DNA from: Octopus bimaculoides
Taxonomy: Eukaryota
NCBI RefSeq assembly: GCF_001194135.2
Contig: NC_068981.1
Location: forward strand, 37,065,210 to 37,129,209
DNA length: 64,000 nucleotides
Direction: 5' to 3'
Shown here: piece by piece, positions 1 through 11,984 of the stretch
Layout of the letters: every line of letters starts with the position of its first letter
How positions within the stretch are numbered: the first letter of the stretch is position 1
The notes under the pieces: generated by a model
Seen by the model: only the letters and a program-made list of their open reading frames with translations
What the model was told of the DNA's origin: nothing
The model's database searches: none
Position numbers and translations under genes: made by a program

Positions 1-1018
1 TACTTGGCGAAAGCCAAGGAAGGAAAGGATTATTGACCGGAAGCATGTGACCATGCCGGTGTAAAGGGAAGAGAGAGAGTGGTAGAGGGAGGAAGTAGAA
101 GAATGGTGAGCAACGAGAGGAAAAAAGAAAAAGAGGAAATACGAGGGGGAAAAAAGAGATACGTAGTAGTAACAGAGGAAGAACAAGAGGGGTGAGGCGA
201 GATACGTAGTAGTACAGAGGAAGAACGAGGGGGGGGAGAAAGAAAGAGAAAGAGAAAGAGATAGAGTAGCGTCGGAGGAATGTTTACGAAAACTACTTAC
301 AATTTTTGTGAGACGAAATATTTACCAATGTTTTTCCTTCTGTTTATTTTTTCTACTAATGGAAGTTATTGTTTATTTAAAAGTGAAGTGGGGAATGTAC
401 AATTTGCATGGGTTTGCATGAAAGTGCTTTCTGTTCTGAAAAAGGATCACAAATTATGAATTGTTTCATCGTATAAAAGTGAGTTAATAAAATTTTACCC
501 AGAAATCACGTCTTCAAAATTTTAGTCCCCCCCCTCCACCACCACCACGTCTCCACCACAATTTCTTAATTTGTAACTTTTTACGAATTTTTTTTATCCA
601 TGTAGAAAAATACAGAGATTACGAATCTGGGAAATATACAGTAGTTTAAAGTTTAATTTTTCTTAAAGAAACACACAATGCTCCTTCTCCCACTTCGCCC
701 ACCTATCACCTACCCACTTTCAAAAAGCTGAAAACACCCAATGCTTCACTTTCGTCTGATGTTTCATGCATGCAGAGAATTGTACTGAAATAGCAGACGT
801 AAAAAATATTAGAGCACCACCAGAAAATCCGACATGCTAGAAACAACCGGTAAACGACATTATTTCTGAAGAAACTTCCCTGCTTTCCAAAAAGCTAAAA
901 GTGAAACATTGGAAGTTTGTAGCTTTTTAAAAGTAATGAGGTGATGGATGGATGTTTGAAACAGCTGTAACCTAGGAATAAAGTGATATCAATACTACCA
1001 TTTTTTACTTGTAATATA

Positions 1019-1059
<41 letters not shown>

Positions 1060-3899
1060 CATCTTCTTTATTTCTTCATCATCATTTAATATCTATTTTT
1101 CCATTCTGGCATGGGTTGGCCTATATATGTATACATATATAATATATATACACACACACATTTATATATACAAATACACAAAAAACTCATTCCCACACAT
1201 ATGTATGCATGTGTGTATTGGCAATGGCTGGCTTGATAAAACTGAGTGCATGAAATAAACACACCCTACATTATAGTATTGAGGTTAATTCTGTCTGTTT
1301 ATGCCAAAGTCTGCTCTGTCATTTTGTCTCTTAATGGGCTTGTAAAATGGAAAAAAAAGATTAAATGTATATGCATGTGTATATGGTCTTAAAAACAGAA
1401 GCAGCAACATCATAATCATCACCTTCATAATTTTTGCCTGTCTTTTCACTTCTAGTGGTCAGCTACTAAGCTGAATAAAATATCTACAAAAAAAAAAAAG
1501 AAAGAACAACAAAACAAAACAAAAGGTATGGGCTAATAAATTGAACAGTCAGTCAGGTAACACTGAAAGATGACTGGTATTGCAGTATCATTGGAACTAA
1601 TGATTAGCATTGCTGTATCCTTGTTACTCATATTAATGACTAAAAATTCTTCCAATTAATATCTATATTAATTGGAATTAATATTCATAATACAGAAGTG
1701 AAAATTGATAATAGTTTGATGATATTGTCATATTATTTCTGGATTACTGATTACATTTCTAAATAATGGATTTGCCAAGAACATGACATCTGAAGTGCTG
1801 TTGTCATGATAAAATGTACCCAGTGTACTGTAAAGTGGTTGGTGTTAGGAAAGGCATCAAGCAGTAGAAACGATTCCAAAATTAAATAGAAACTAACTAG
1901 TAGAAACTGAGAAGACCTCTTCTGATTCATATTTGAGTTATTGTAAATCTACAATCTCACTTGCTTTAGTGTCATTTCACAGTCTTTTACTCTTCCTGAG
2001 AATGTTAAACTAATGTTCTTACTACAGTTCTAGCTTGAATATGTTTCAGTTTGATAACCAATTCTCAGTGTCATTTTATCTGGAGTTTTCAAACAATCAG
2101 TCTCAGCTTTATATGAGGGAAGTAAATCTTACTTGCTGTTCAAAGAAAATTTATTCAGTGTTGAGTCACAAAGTAAGCTTGTGGCTTGTATAGTCAAAGA
2201 ATTATTGCACTAAACACAGTTATATCAAATGTTTGGCTCTAATAATTGGAAGGGAATTCAGGCTTCTTAAAACACTATTTATTTAAATGGTGCACAAATA
2301 TACACATACCCAAACACAAACACAAATATACTCACACATATGTGTGCCATGTTTTCTTCTTTTCATTGCTAAAAGATGATTCTAATAATTGCATTTATTG
2401 GATATCCTGTTTCAAACAAGATTCAAACAATTTTGAATTGTATTCAGTTGCAATAATTCTTGAGATCAAAAACAGCCATACTATATATTTGAAAATAACA
2501 AGAAAATTGCTGATATATGAGAAAATGAAAAATATGAGAAAGAAAAGAAACTATTTATATTGATAAAGGGGTTATTAACTATAATGAAATACAGTAGAGA
2601 TCCTTTGAAGAGGGGTAAAGAAAGAAATATAATGTAAAAAGTTACACTATTGCAGTCATTTTCTTCTGAATATTGTATTGAATATGATCAAGAATTTTCT
2701 TTATAGATTCGTAAGTGAAAACATTCTGAGTCTACTTTGCAGTGAATGGGTTAATGGATATTTTTCCTTATCGTATACATGATTTTCAGTCTGAAATAAT
2801 GGGTCTTTTTTTTTATCAAGACTAAATTTATGACTGAACATTATCAAGAACAATCAAGAAAACAAAGAATTGTTTGTTTTATTTTTACTAATTTAGTATT
2901 TATTAAACTTGGTTTCCATATATAAATACACTGATTGACCAAGGCAAGATTCAAAAAGAAAAATCCACAAGAGTTATTCTGCATAAAGGACACAAATTGT
3001 TAATAAATGTAGACTTGAAAAATATAATAAAATGTTATTTTGTAACACATAGAATGGGGCACTGATCAATTTCTATTATATTTGTGAAAAATAGTTCAGT
3101 CAAATCTTTATAATATACTATGGAATATCATTAAAGATGTTGCTGTTGTTTAGACCAGGTCAGCCATGATAAAGCAGAATTATGATCCAAGATATTCAAG
3201 CTGTGACCATCTTGTTTTATTTCAAGGATTAATGTATTTAAGACCCTTGTCTTTCTCTTTTTAAGACAAAAGGGTGTTATTTGAATGAGATTTGTTTGAT
3301 CATGTAAAGAAAACACAAAACAATGAAGATCCTCATACCATGCAACCTCACTTGTGTTAATGCCATGTAAAATGCACCTAGCACACTTTGACAAACAAGC
3401 AGAGACAATATAGAGTCCAAAAGGATCCTTGTTGACTGATGATATATTCTAGGTATGTTGGGTTTATTTCTACAATAACAAAATTTTGTTTCTACTCTAT
3501 TCACAAATTTTGTTTTTATACATAATTTTTTTTTTCTACTTCTTTTTATGAATGCCATTCAAAACATGCATTTTGTTACAACCCTCTGATGCAGTGACAA
3601 ATGATGAAACCTCTACATTGTTGCTCAGTCTGTTAGATGTGAAAAGTAAAAATTACACCTTATTACCTGTTTATAGAAAAATGAAGAATCATCTGAATGA
3701 TATAGCCCTACATTAGAGAAGATGGTATAGTTACATGTGAAATGTCCTTCACTGTAGATCTACTCAAACAGGGGGCTAAACGTCTACAACAACAAAAATA
3801 ACAAGAATTTATACAATGGAATATAGTGTAAGTAACTAGGAAATATCCAGAATAAATGTTGATACTTAATATCTGGCAATATTAAATAGGAGAAAGTGT

Positions 3900-4060
3900 G
3901 ATTAATGAGTTCAAGTCACAACAATATAGTCGTGGGTTCAGTCCCATCGCTTGAAACTTGAGCAAAGTGTCTTCTGCTTTAGCCTTAGGTTGACTGCAAT
4001 GTTGTGTGTATAAATAAGTGACAAAGACTGTGTGGAAGCTCATTGAACATTATACACACA
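3900..4060 (+). mobile_element. Degenerate SINE head
   Basis: GGGTTCAGTCCC...CTTGAGCAAAGTGTCTTCTGCTTTAGCCTTAGG matches the family head. Confidence 0.55.
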
Positions 4061-4147
4061 CACATAATGTATATATAATTATATATATATAAATACACGT
4101 TTGTTGTTTATACACCTGTCTTCGTCTTTTGTTTTTCTGTAAATACC

Positions 4148-4193
<46 letters not shown>

Positions 4194-4507
4194 NNNNNNN
4201 NNNNNNNNNNNNNNNNNNNNNNNNNNNNNNNNNNNNNNNNNNNNNNNNNNNNNNNNNNNNNNNNNNNNNNNNNNNNNNNNNNNNNNNNNNNNNNNNNNNN
4301 NNNNNNNNNNNNNNNNNNNNNNNNNNNNNNNNNNNNNNNNNNNNNNNNNNNNNNNNNNNNNNNNNNNNNNNNNNNNNNNNNNNNNNNNNNNNNNNNNNNN
4401 NNNNNNNNNNNNNNNNNNNNNNNNNNNNNNNNNNNNNNNNNNNNNNNNNNNNNNNNNNNNNNNNNNNNNNNNNNNNNNNNNNNNNNNNNNNNNNNNNNNN
4501 NNNNNNN

Positions 4508-4552
<45 letters not shown>

Positions 4553-4811
4553 TATAGATAGAGATATATATACGACAAGAAATAATTTTTGCCTTTTTTA
4601 TGGAGACAAAGATTTATAGGATGCAAAAAGCAGAAGTGTGCAAATGAAATTGAGACAGAGACAAAAAAAATATAAAAAACATTGCAAACATCAAATTCGA
4701 ATCAACAACTTTATTTAACACCACGCTTCCATACATTTGATCATATATAAACATTACCATGGCCTTCAACTTATAAAAGGAATATATATATAAAAAAGCA
4801 CAGAAGTTAAA

Positions 4812-4890
4812 AAATATATAGGCACATAAAAATAAAATATATAGGCACATAAAAATAAAATATATAGACACATAAAAATAAAATATATAG
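4812..4890 (+). repeat. 22-bp tandem repeat (~3.5 copies)
   Basis: AAAATATATAGGCACATAAAAAT repeated. Confidence 0.85.
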
Positions 4891-6905
4891 AATGGCCTAT
4901 CAAGAAAAGGTATATACAATCGACTAAAATAAGTAATCAAAATGAATTACTAAAGCGTGTCAAGCAACTAAGAAACATATAAAAATATCAATCAACTAAA
5001 AAAAGTTTTTACTCCTCTCAATTAAAAATATGTCAAAATATTCGTTTCATAAAAACCATGGTAGAATGAAGTCCAAGGAGTGTAAGAGAGTTTCACAAAA
5101 TCAAGTCAAAACACATCTATGGCCATTTCGGCAGTTCACTGCCGCAATCTGATATGAGTTAAAGTGCATCTTGGCAATGACCCCCCCCCCCCCCCCCTCG
5201 TCGGGATGGACAAGGATCTCACAATCAAGTCGTTCACAAAATTATTTTATTCGAGCCACAAGGGCCTTACTCTGAGAGGACAATACAAAAGTAGGGACAG
5301 ACAAAACAAGTGGGGACATAAAATACAAAACAATGATTGAAATGAGTATATAATGAATGAGGATGAATGTCATACCTGAGCCCCACCCTCAGGCAGTCAT
5401 GTTTTACTCTCTTTACTCTTTTACTTGTTTCAGTCATTTGACTGTGGCCATGCTGGAGCACCGCCTTAAATTTTCATTTATTAATTGTTTTAATCCTTTT
5501 TACTTTTGCTATATAATATATGGCATTAGTTTGTGTAATCTACCATCTGAGGGAAGGAGTCATACCTCATTTCTAACCCTAGTAGAGCTATGACTGTTTT
5601 AAATGTTTCTTTTAGTGTATTGTATTTTTGTTTGTCTATTTGGATGCTATTTGTGTTTTGTATGTAGTCTTGGGGTTTTATTCTAATGATGTTTTAAAGT
5701 TTTGTTAAACTTTTTTCAATTGCTATGTTTTTTTTTCCTGTATGTCATTATGTATGCTGAACTTTTTATTGTGGTTTGTCTGTGTTGTGTATCTGCATGT
5801 GAATGCTTAATGGGAGATTGTAGGGGGTTCTTTTGCGGGGATGGTAGCAGTGGTGTGTGCTGCATGGGTGCGTTGTTATCAGGGGTTGTCTGTGTTTTGT
5901 TTTTCTGGTGTGTGTCTTGTTTCTGTGTGCAAACGATGTTGGTCAATTTGTTTGTTGATCAAAAGTTTTCTCCATTTTCTGTTCTTAGAGCACAGACACA
6001 CATACATTACATGTGTGTGTGTGTGTGTACAATGAGCTTCCACAGTCACGACCAAGTGGTTAAGCAGTTTTGCTTTGCAACCCTGGGTTCAATATTACTG
6101 TTTTGTATTATAGGCAAATGAGTTTTTTCTTTTTGTTTTACTCTAGTCTAAGCTCTGCTCCAGTCTACTGCTCAACATAGAGTGTGATTGACAGAATCAG
6201 TAGAAAACTGGACAAAATATTTTGTGGTTTCTGATTGTGCTCCTTTATGTTTTGAGATCAATTCCTGCCTAGCGACAATTTAACTTATATTTTTCTGAGA
6301 TTGTTAAGACAGAAGCTGGGGTTGATTTAATATCCTACAGCCTAAACAAAGATAAAAATATACAAACATAGACACACCCCAATGACTGAAAGCAGCAAAA
6401 AAAGACAAGTGCATTGTCATAACTCAACACAGATGAAATGAGAAGAAGCCAGCAGTTTTTTGACTTTTAGCTGGTAATTGATGAGAGGAATGTCTCACAA
6501 TAGAAACAGTTTCATAACTGACATATCTTTACTTGATTATGCTTAAAACTAACCACTCATATGAGACACCATCATTAAAATCTCCTTCATTCTCATTCTT
6601 GTCATGCTTCTTCTCATTCTTCTCCTCCATCATTTTCCCAGTCTGAAGTAGAAGGGTCAAGTCTAATACTTGCATATATCTATCTGTTTAATATGCAATA
6701 TAGTATCACTACATTACCATCAAATGATTTTTTTTTTTTTTTTGAGTTTCCAGTTTTCAGCTTTCTATCAATCAATTTTCTTATACAAATTAACAAGTTC
6801 ATTATTTTAATATTGAATAACTCACAATAACAGCAAGAATACAAACTTCAATTTTTTGAAATATGTTAATATTTAAAAAAACTAGGAATGGCAGTAATAA
6901 GGGTG

Positions 6906-7094
<189 letters not shown>

Positions 7095-7110
<16 letters not shown>

Positions 7111-7265
7111 AACATACAATGTTGAGGACAGCAAGGATTTTGAGATTGATACTTGGATGTTAATTATTCTGGAAAGTAACTCTGTGAGACCTTTGACAAC
7201 AGGTTACTGTCTGCTCTTTCAGAATTAACCCGAGCAAGTAAAATCAAGAGCTCTGAAAATCAAAA
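7095..7265 (+). mobile_element. R4/Dong-type extreme 3' fragment
   Basis: LRTARILRLILGC* matches the LGTARILR..L terminus, followed by a short UTR. Confidence 0.55.
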
Positions 7266-7309
7266 TCATACACACACTTATGTACATATACATGTATATA
7301 CATACAAAA

Positions 7310-7515
7310 AGTACCGCCTGACTGGCCTTCGTGCGGGTGACACATAAAAGCACCCACTACACTCTCTGAGTGGTTGGCGTTAGGAAGGGCATCCAACTGT
7401 AGAAACTCTGCCAAATCAGATTGGAGCTTGGTGTAGCCATCTGGTTTCACCAGTCCTCAGTCAAATCGTCCAACCCATGCTAGCATGGAAAGCAGATGTT
7501 AAACGATGATGATGA
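7310..7515 (+). mobile_element. RTE 3' UTR/tail fragment
   Basis: GGTTGGCGTTAGGAAGGGCATCC...CCAACCCATGCTAGCATGGAAAGCAGATGTTAAAC(GAT)n. Further degenerate copies near 44.8, 50.2, 59.2, 60.6 and 60.75 kb. Confidence 0.85.
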
Positions 7516-7517
7516 TA

Positions 7518-7553
<36 letters not shown>

Positions 7554-7554
7554 A

Positions 7555-7675
7555 CTCTTCTTTGAAAGAAGATTTCTATCAAATCCACTCACAAGGCAAT
7601 AAGCCACCAGTGAGACTAAGCACAAAACCATGTGGGTTGAAAGTAAACTTCTTCCCCGCACAGCCACACCTGCAT
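7555..7675 (-). mobile_element. SINE head fragment
   Basis: TTTCTATCAAATCCACTCACAAGG matches the head region of the copies at 17.6 and 52.8 kb. Confidence 0.6.
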
Positions 7676-7684
7676 CTAATTGTG

Positions 7685-7735
<51 letters not shown>

Positions 7736-8205
7736 TATGTTTTTGTTGTATTAAAATGAGATAATTTGTTATTTGATCTTCATGAAATTTTATGCTATTG
7801 AATATATTGCCAAGTTTAACAAGAACAAGAACAACAACAACAATAATAATTATAATTATAACCTAACTCTAATTTAGTTCAAAAGAATAATTCTTTTCTT
7901 TCTTGATTTATTTAAACTTTATTAATATTGAAATAGTAGAAAGAAAAAAAAATTGTTGTAATATTATTATTTCCTGATTGAATTTGAATTTATTAATAAA
8001 TTGCTACTTACTTGTTAGCTTCCAAGTAGTTTAATATAAGTTATTTGGCTTCTTTGCATTTGAATCAGTCTAATAACTAACATTTAAGAGTAAGCAAAAG
8101 GTACAACAAATATAACAAAAATAAAATAAATTAAGATTATACATTATTTATGTTATTTATATTATTTACATTTGAGAGATATTTGTCCTTGTCTTATTTG
8201 TTGTT

Positions 8206-8251
8206 AACACAACATTTCGGGTGATATACCCTCCAGCCTTCATCAGGTGTC
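8206..8251 (-). ncRNA. Minimal type-I hammerhead ribozyme motif, core intact, helix II with one mismatch
   Basis: Minus strand reads GACAC-CTGATGA-A-GGCTG(gagggtatat)CACCC-GAA-ATGT-T-GTGTT: helix I GACAC/GTGTT, CUGAUGA box, helix II, GAAA, vestigial helix III, UH site. This matches the PLE-associated minimal hammerhead architecture. Confidence 0.7.
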
Positions 8252-8392
8252 TTGGGGAAATTTCGAACCTGGGTTCTCATTCTTAAGGTATTTTTCGATG
8301 TTATTATTATTATTATTCTTGTTATTGTTCAGGTCACTGCCTGTAATCGAAAAATATTTAGGAATGAGAACCCAGGTTTGAAATTTCCCCAA

Positions 8393-8438
8393 GACACCTG
8401 ATGTAGGCTGGAGGGTATATCAGCCGAAGCGTTGTGTT
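8393..8438 (+). ncRNA. Minimal type-I hammerhead ribozyme motif, degenerate
   Basis: GACAC-CTGATGT-A-GGCTG(gagggtatat)CAGCC-GAA-GCGT-T-GTGTT. Helix II is perfect, but there are two core substitutions relative to the two-arm consensus CTGATGA...GAAACGTT. Confidence 0.65.
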
Positions 8439-10086
8439 AACAACAAACAAGATGAGGGCAAATATCTGTCAAATGTAAGTAATGTACATAATTCCTCATC
8501 TCTTAAATATAGAACTGTATTAAATAAGATTACTTTTAAGTGAAAATGCTTTCTCCCCATTCAGTTTTTGTATTCTTTCTGCAGATACAAAACGCATAAA
8601 TATACATTATGTGTTTATATAGATATACCAGGAAAAGAAGAGCAGTTATTAATGATCATAATGATTATCAACATCATTATCCTTATCATCATCATTTATT
8701 ATTGTTTAACCCAGGTCAACCCGACTGAGAAAATGTAGCTATATCCCAGCAACGATAAACCTCTCTTACTTTTCTTTCAAGCATAGTGCATTTTGTATTA
8801 TGTAATTACCAAATTCATACTTGAAAGATAGTTGTATATGATTTGAAGAAGATTTGATTGCTGTTTTGGGTCAAACTAAGCAGAGAAATCATTTCGACAG
8901 CATTTTAGTATCATCATTTCTTGGTTATTGCTGTTGTTTAGCTCCAAGCCAGCCCTGATAGAGTATGGTGAGATTTGAAGGAGATTTGTCTGCTATTTCT
9001 AGTTGGTCAGGAATGATGTAATAGCCACCATACTGTTAACTGATTAGATATGACACAACATTTCATTGCAATACAACATCATCTTACCAATGAAAATAAC
9101 CTCTGATCAAAATTCCAGACCTCTTCCTATTTTATTGCTGTTTTGCATCTGTTATAGAGGCTCTTCACTGCCATCTCATAGCAGCTGTTTGTTACACAAT
9201 ATATCTTGTCCATTAAAAGTTTATGCTAGCACAACTGTCAAATCTGTATATAACATCTGATTTCTTTTAATGCTCAGTTATTTTCTGAGATAATTTGCTG
9301 TTTTATTTTTGATATATGTTAGCTTGCCACTACTAGTTAATCATATTTACCTCATTCCACACCAGTATCTGCTTGAATTTTACAACCATGGAACATCATT
9401 GCATATATTTATAGCTCATACATTTTACACAAAAACAGAGAATCGGATTAAATTTTTTCCCATTTTAATTCAGTTTATATATTTAAAAAAAATTTTCTTG
9501 AGCTCTAGAACTCATAAGGCTGGCTACCCAATTTCCATGATGTGTGAGTGACTGAGATTACAAAAATTCCCCCTGAACAGGATGCTGGTGTGTTGCAGGG
9601 TCTAAGGTTAGCAGTTTGATGGAAGGGAACAGGTCAATTACATTGACCCCACTATTTGACAAGTTCTTTATTTTATCAATCCAAAAGGTTCAAATGTGTG
9701 AACTCACAATGTAAAGAATAACATATTTATAACCAGTAGTCAGTAACAAAGACTGAAATTTAAGGGCAGACATAAAGATATTTTGCAATTCTTATAACAA
9801 TAACAGCAAAATGAAACTACTAATCAATGAATAAAATAGAAATAATGAAAAAATGCTTAAAAAACACATTTACACAGCTAAAGTTGTGACAGAAGCTAAG
9901 GCAATGTCCTAAATATACAATTAACAGGTATTACAGGATTCAATTAGTGGGTAGGTGCTGAATTCCTCAAGCTGTATCATGCTTTTTTTACTTTGGACTT
10001 TATAGAAGATATTTCAATTTCAAAACCAAAAATCAAAATACAGAAATTGTGTGAAAAGTGGGGGTTAGAGCGAGTCAGAAACTTGC

Positions 10087-10570
10087 AAAATTCTGTGGGA
10101 TTTTCCAATCTAAACAAACCAGATGCTTGAGCACAACAAGCCAGACCTAGTGGTGATGGATAAGGTGAATCATATGTGCTCTATAATTGATGTTGTGTAC
10201 CCATTTGACCCACAAATAGTTCAAAAGGAAGGCGTAAAAATAGATGTATACAATCCTTTTTAATACAAGATAGCTCAACTGGGGAAAATGAAGAAGGTGA
10301 AAATAGTGTCAATTATTGTTGGGCCCTAGCGGACAGTATCAGAAGTCATCAAGAGGAATATAAAGGAAATGGGAATAGAGTGCTGTTAGAGCTCTTTCAA
10401 AAAGTTTGCCTCCTTGGCTCAGACAGAATCATCAGGAAGAGGTTAGATGGTTGAAGAGAACAGATGGCATGGTGCTGCAGGCTGCAGATAGAAAACCCGA
10501 TAACCCAGGATTTTCAACAAAATCTGAGTTAAAAGAATAATGATAATGATAATAATAATAATAATTGTTG
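10087..10570 (+). mobile_element. R4/Dong-type non-LTR retrotransposon 3' end (restriction-like endonuclease) with (TAA)n tail
   Basis: KILWDFPI*TNQMLEHNKPDLVVMDKVNHMCSIIDVVYPFDPQIVQKE...LFQKVCLLGSDRIIRKRLDG* is the PD-(D/E)xK RLE C-terminus (LWDF, HN.PD, ID.A.P.D). Confidence 0.85.
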
Positions 10571-11229
10571 TTGTTAGTGAAGTTGTTGTTGTTATTATTG
10601 TTATAAATAATTAACTGAATTTATTCCTTCATCATATTTAGAAGCTTTATGTGATACTTGAAATTATGTACATGGATGAAAGGTTATCTGCAGGTATTTT
10701 ATTTGTAAAAAAATTTGTTTCACAACATGAATATGGCAAGCACAATCCTTTAGTGGAGTTCCTTTTTAATATATGCATGATTTATATACATACATATAGA
10801 TATCTGTGTGTGCTTGTATGTGTGCATGCATGTGCATTACCAGTAAAGCATATATTTCAAGTAAAACTTTTTAGTACATAACATTGTCAGGTATTGTTAT
10901 TGTTTCTCCTAAATTTTCTGAATATTAACATAACAACTAATCATTGTTAATAAAATCTGCTTCATATTATAATTCATAACATCCCTAGCTTGCTTTTGTC
11001 TCTAAAATATCTTGAATAATAATGATTCATGTGACAGACTTGTTAACTAAATGTCATTTTAAATATTATTGCTTTCTCGACATCCATAGTTTGACAACAT
11101 CATATTGTTTTCTTGAAATTTATTTCCTATATATGTAAATTTTATTGCATTGCATGTGTACATGTATATATGTGTGTGTGTGTATGTTTGTATGTGTATG
11201 TTTGTGAACATATATATGTATACATATAT

Positions 11230-11273
<44 letters not shown>

Positions 11274-11283
11274 ATATGGTATA

Positions 11284-11320
<37 letters not shown>

Positions 11321-11592
11321 ATACACACACATACACACACCTGCATGCATGCACACACACATGCACACACATATATATCATTGCTTAATGTCCATCTTCC
11401 ATGTATGTATGTATGCACACACAGATTCATATCAGATTTTTTGAATGGCAAAAAAAGAACTCAATGCATATAACGTTTTTTAGTGGTGAAGCAACATGAG
11501 TGACACAAGGAACCCCTAAAGACTCATACAAAAGAAATCATCAAAGCTTAATGCAAAACGCTTGGCCTACCTTTGTGTTGGTATTGTAGCTT

Positions 11593-11984
11593 CGTTGTTG
11601 TTGTTGGCACTCCGTCGCTTACGACGTCGAGAGTTCCAGTTGATCCGATCAACAGAACAGCCTGCTCGTGAAATTAGCGTGCAAGTGGCTGAGCAATCCA
11701 CAGACACATGTACTCTTAACGTAGTTCTCGGGGATATTCAGCGTGACACAGTGTGACAAGGCTGACCCTTTGAATTACAGGCACAACAGAAACAGGAAGA
11801 AAGTGTGAGAGAAAGTTGTGGTGAAAGAGTACAGCAGGGTTTGCCACCATCCCCTGCAGGAGCCGCGTGGAGCTTTAGGTGTTTTCGCTCAATAAACACT
11901 CACAACGCTCGGTCTGAGAATCGAAACTGCCATCCTATGACCGCGAGTCCACTGCCCTAACCACTGGGCCATTTGCGCCTCCAC
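11593..11984 (-). mobile_element. Young full-length tRNA-derived SINE with 11-bp TSD
   Basis: Minus-strand head has an A box (TGGCCCAGTGG) and B box (GTTTCGATTC), and the tail is (AAC)n. TSD TATTGTAGCTT at 11582-11592 and 11985-11995. CpGs are retained. Confidence 0.9.

Larger units (their letters stand above)
8162..8482. mobile_element. Fold-back (inverted-repeat) retroelement relic: two ~136-bp arms, each with a hammerhead motif, around a ~48-bp spacer
   Basis: Arm 8162-8298 is the reverse complement of arm 8347-8482 with scattered substitutions (e.g. GGGGAAATTTCGAACCTGGGTTCTCATT vs AATGAGAACCCAGGTTTGAAATTTCCCC). The spacer holds (TTA)n and CAGGTCACTGCCTGTAA. Confidence 0.85.

Noticed and set aside
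3130-3830. Coding-like composition (also 49130-49340 and 54100-54500)
   Set aside because: Multiple stops in all frames and no recognisable motif; possibly ancient TE debris, but not assignable.
11900-11984. tRNA gene-like sequences (also ~55470-55549, 17690, 47410, 52900)
   Set aside because: These are SINE heads with A/B boxes that continue into SINE bodies and have no complete cloverleaf.
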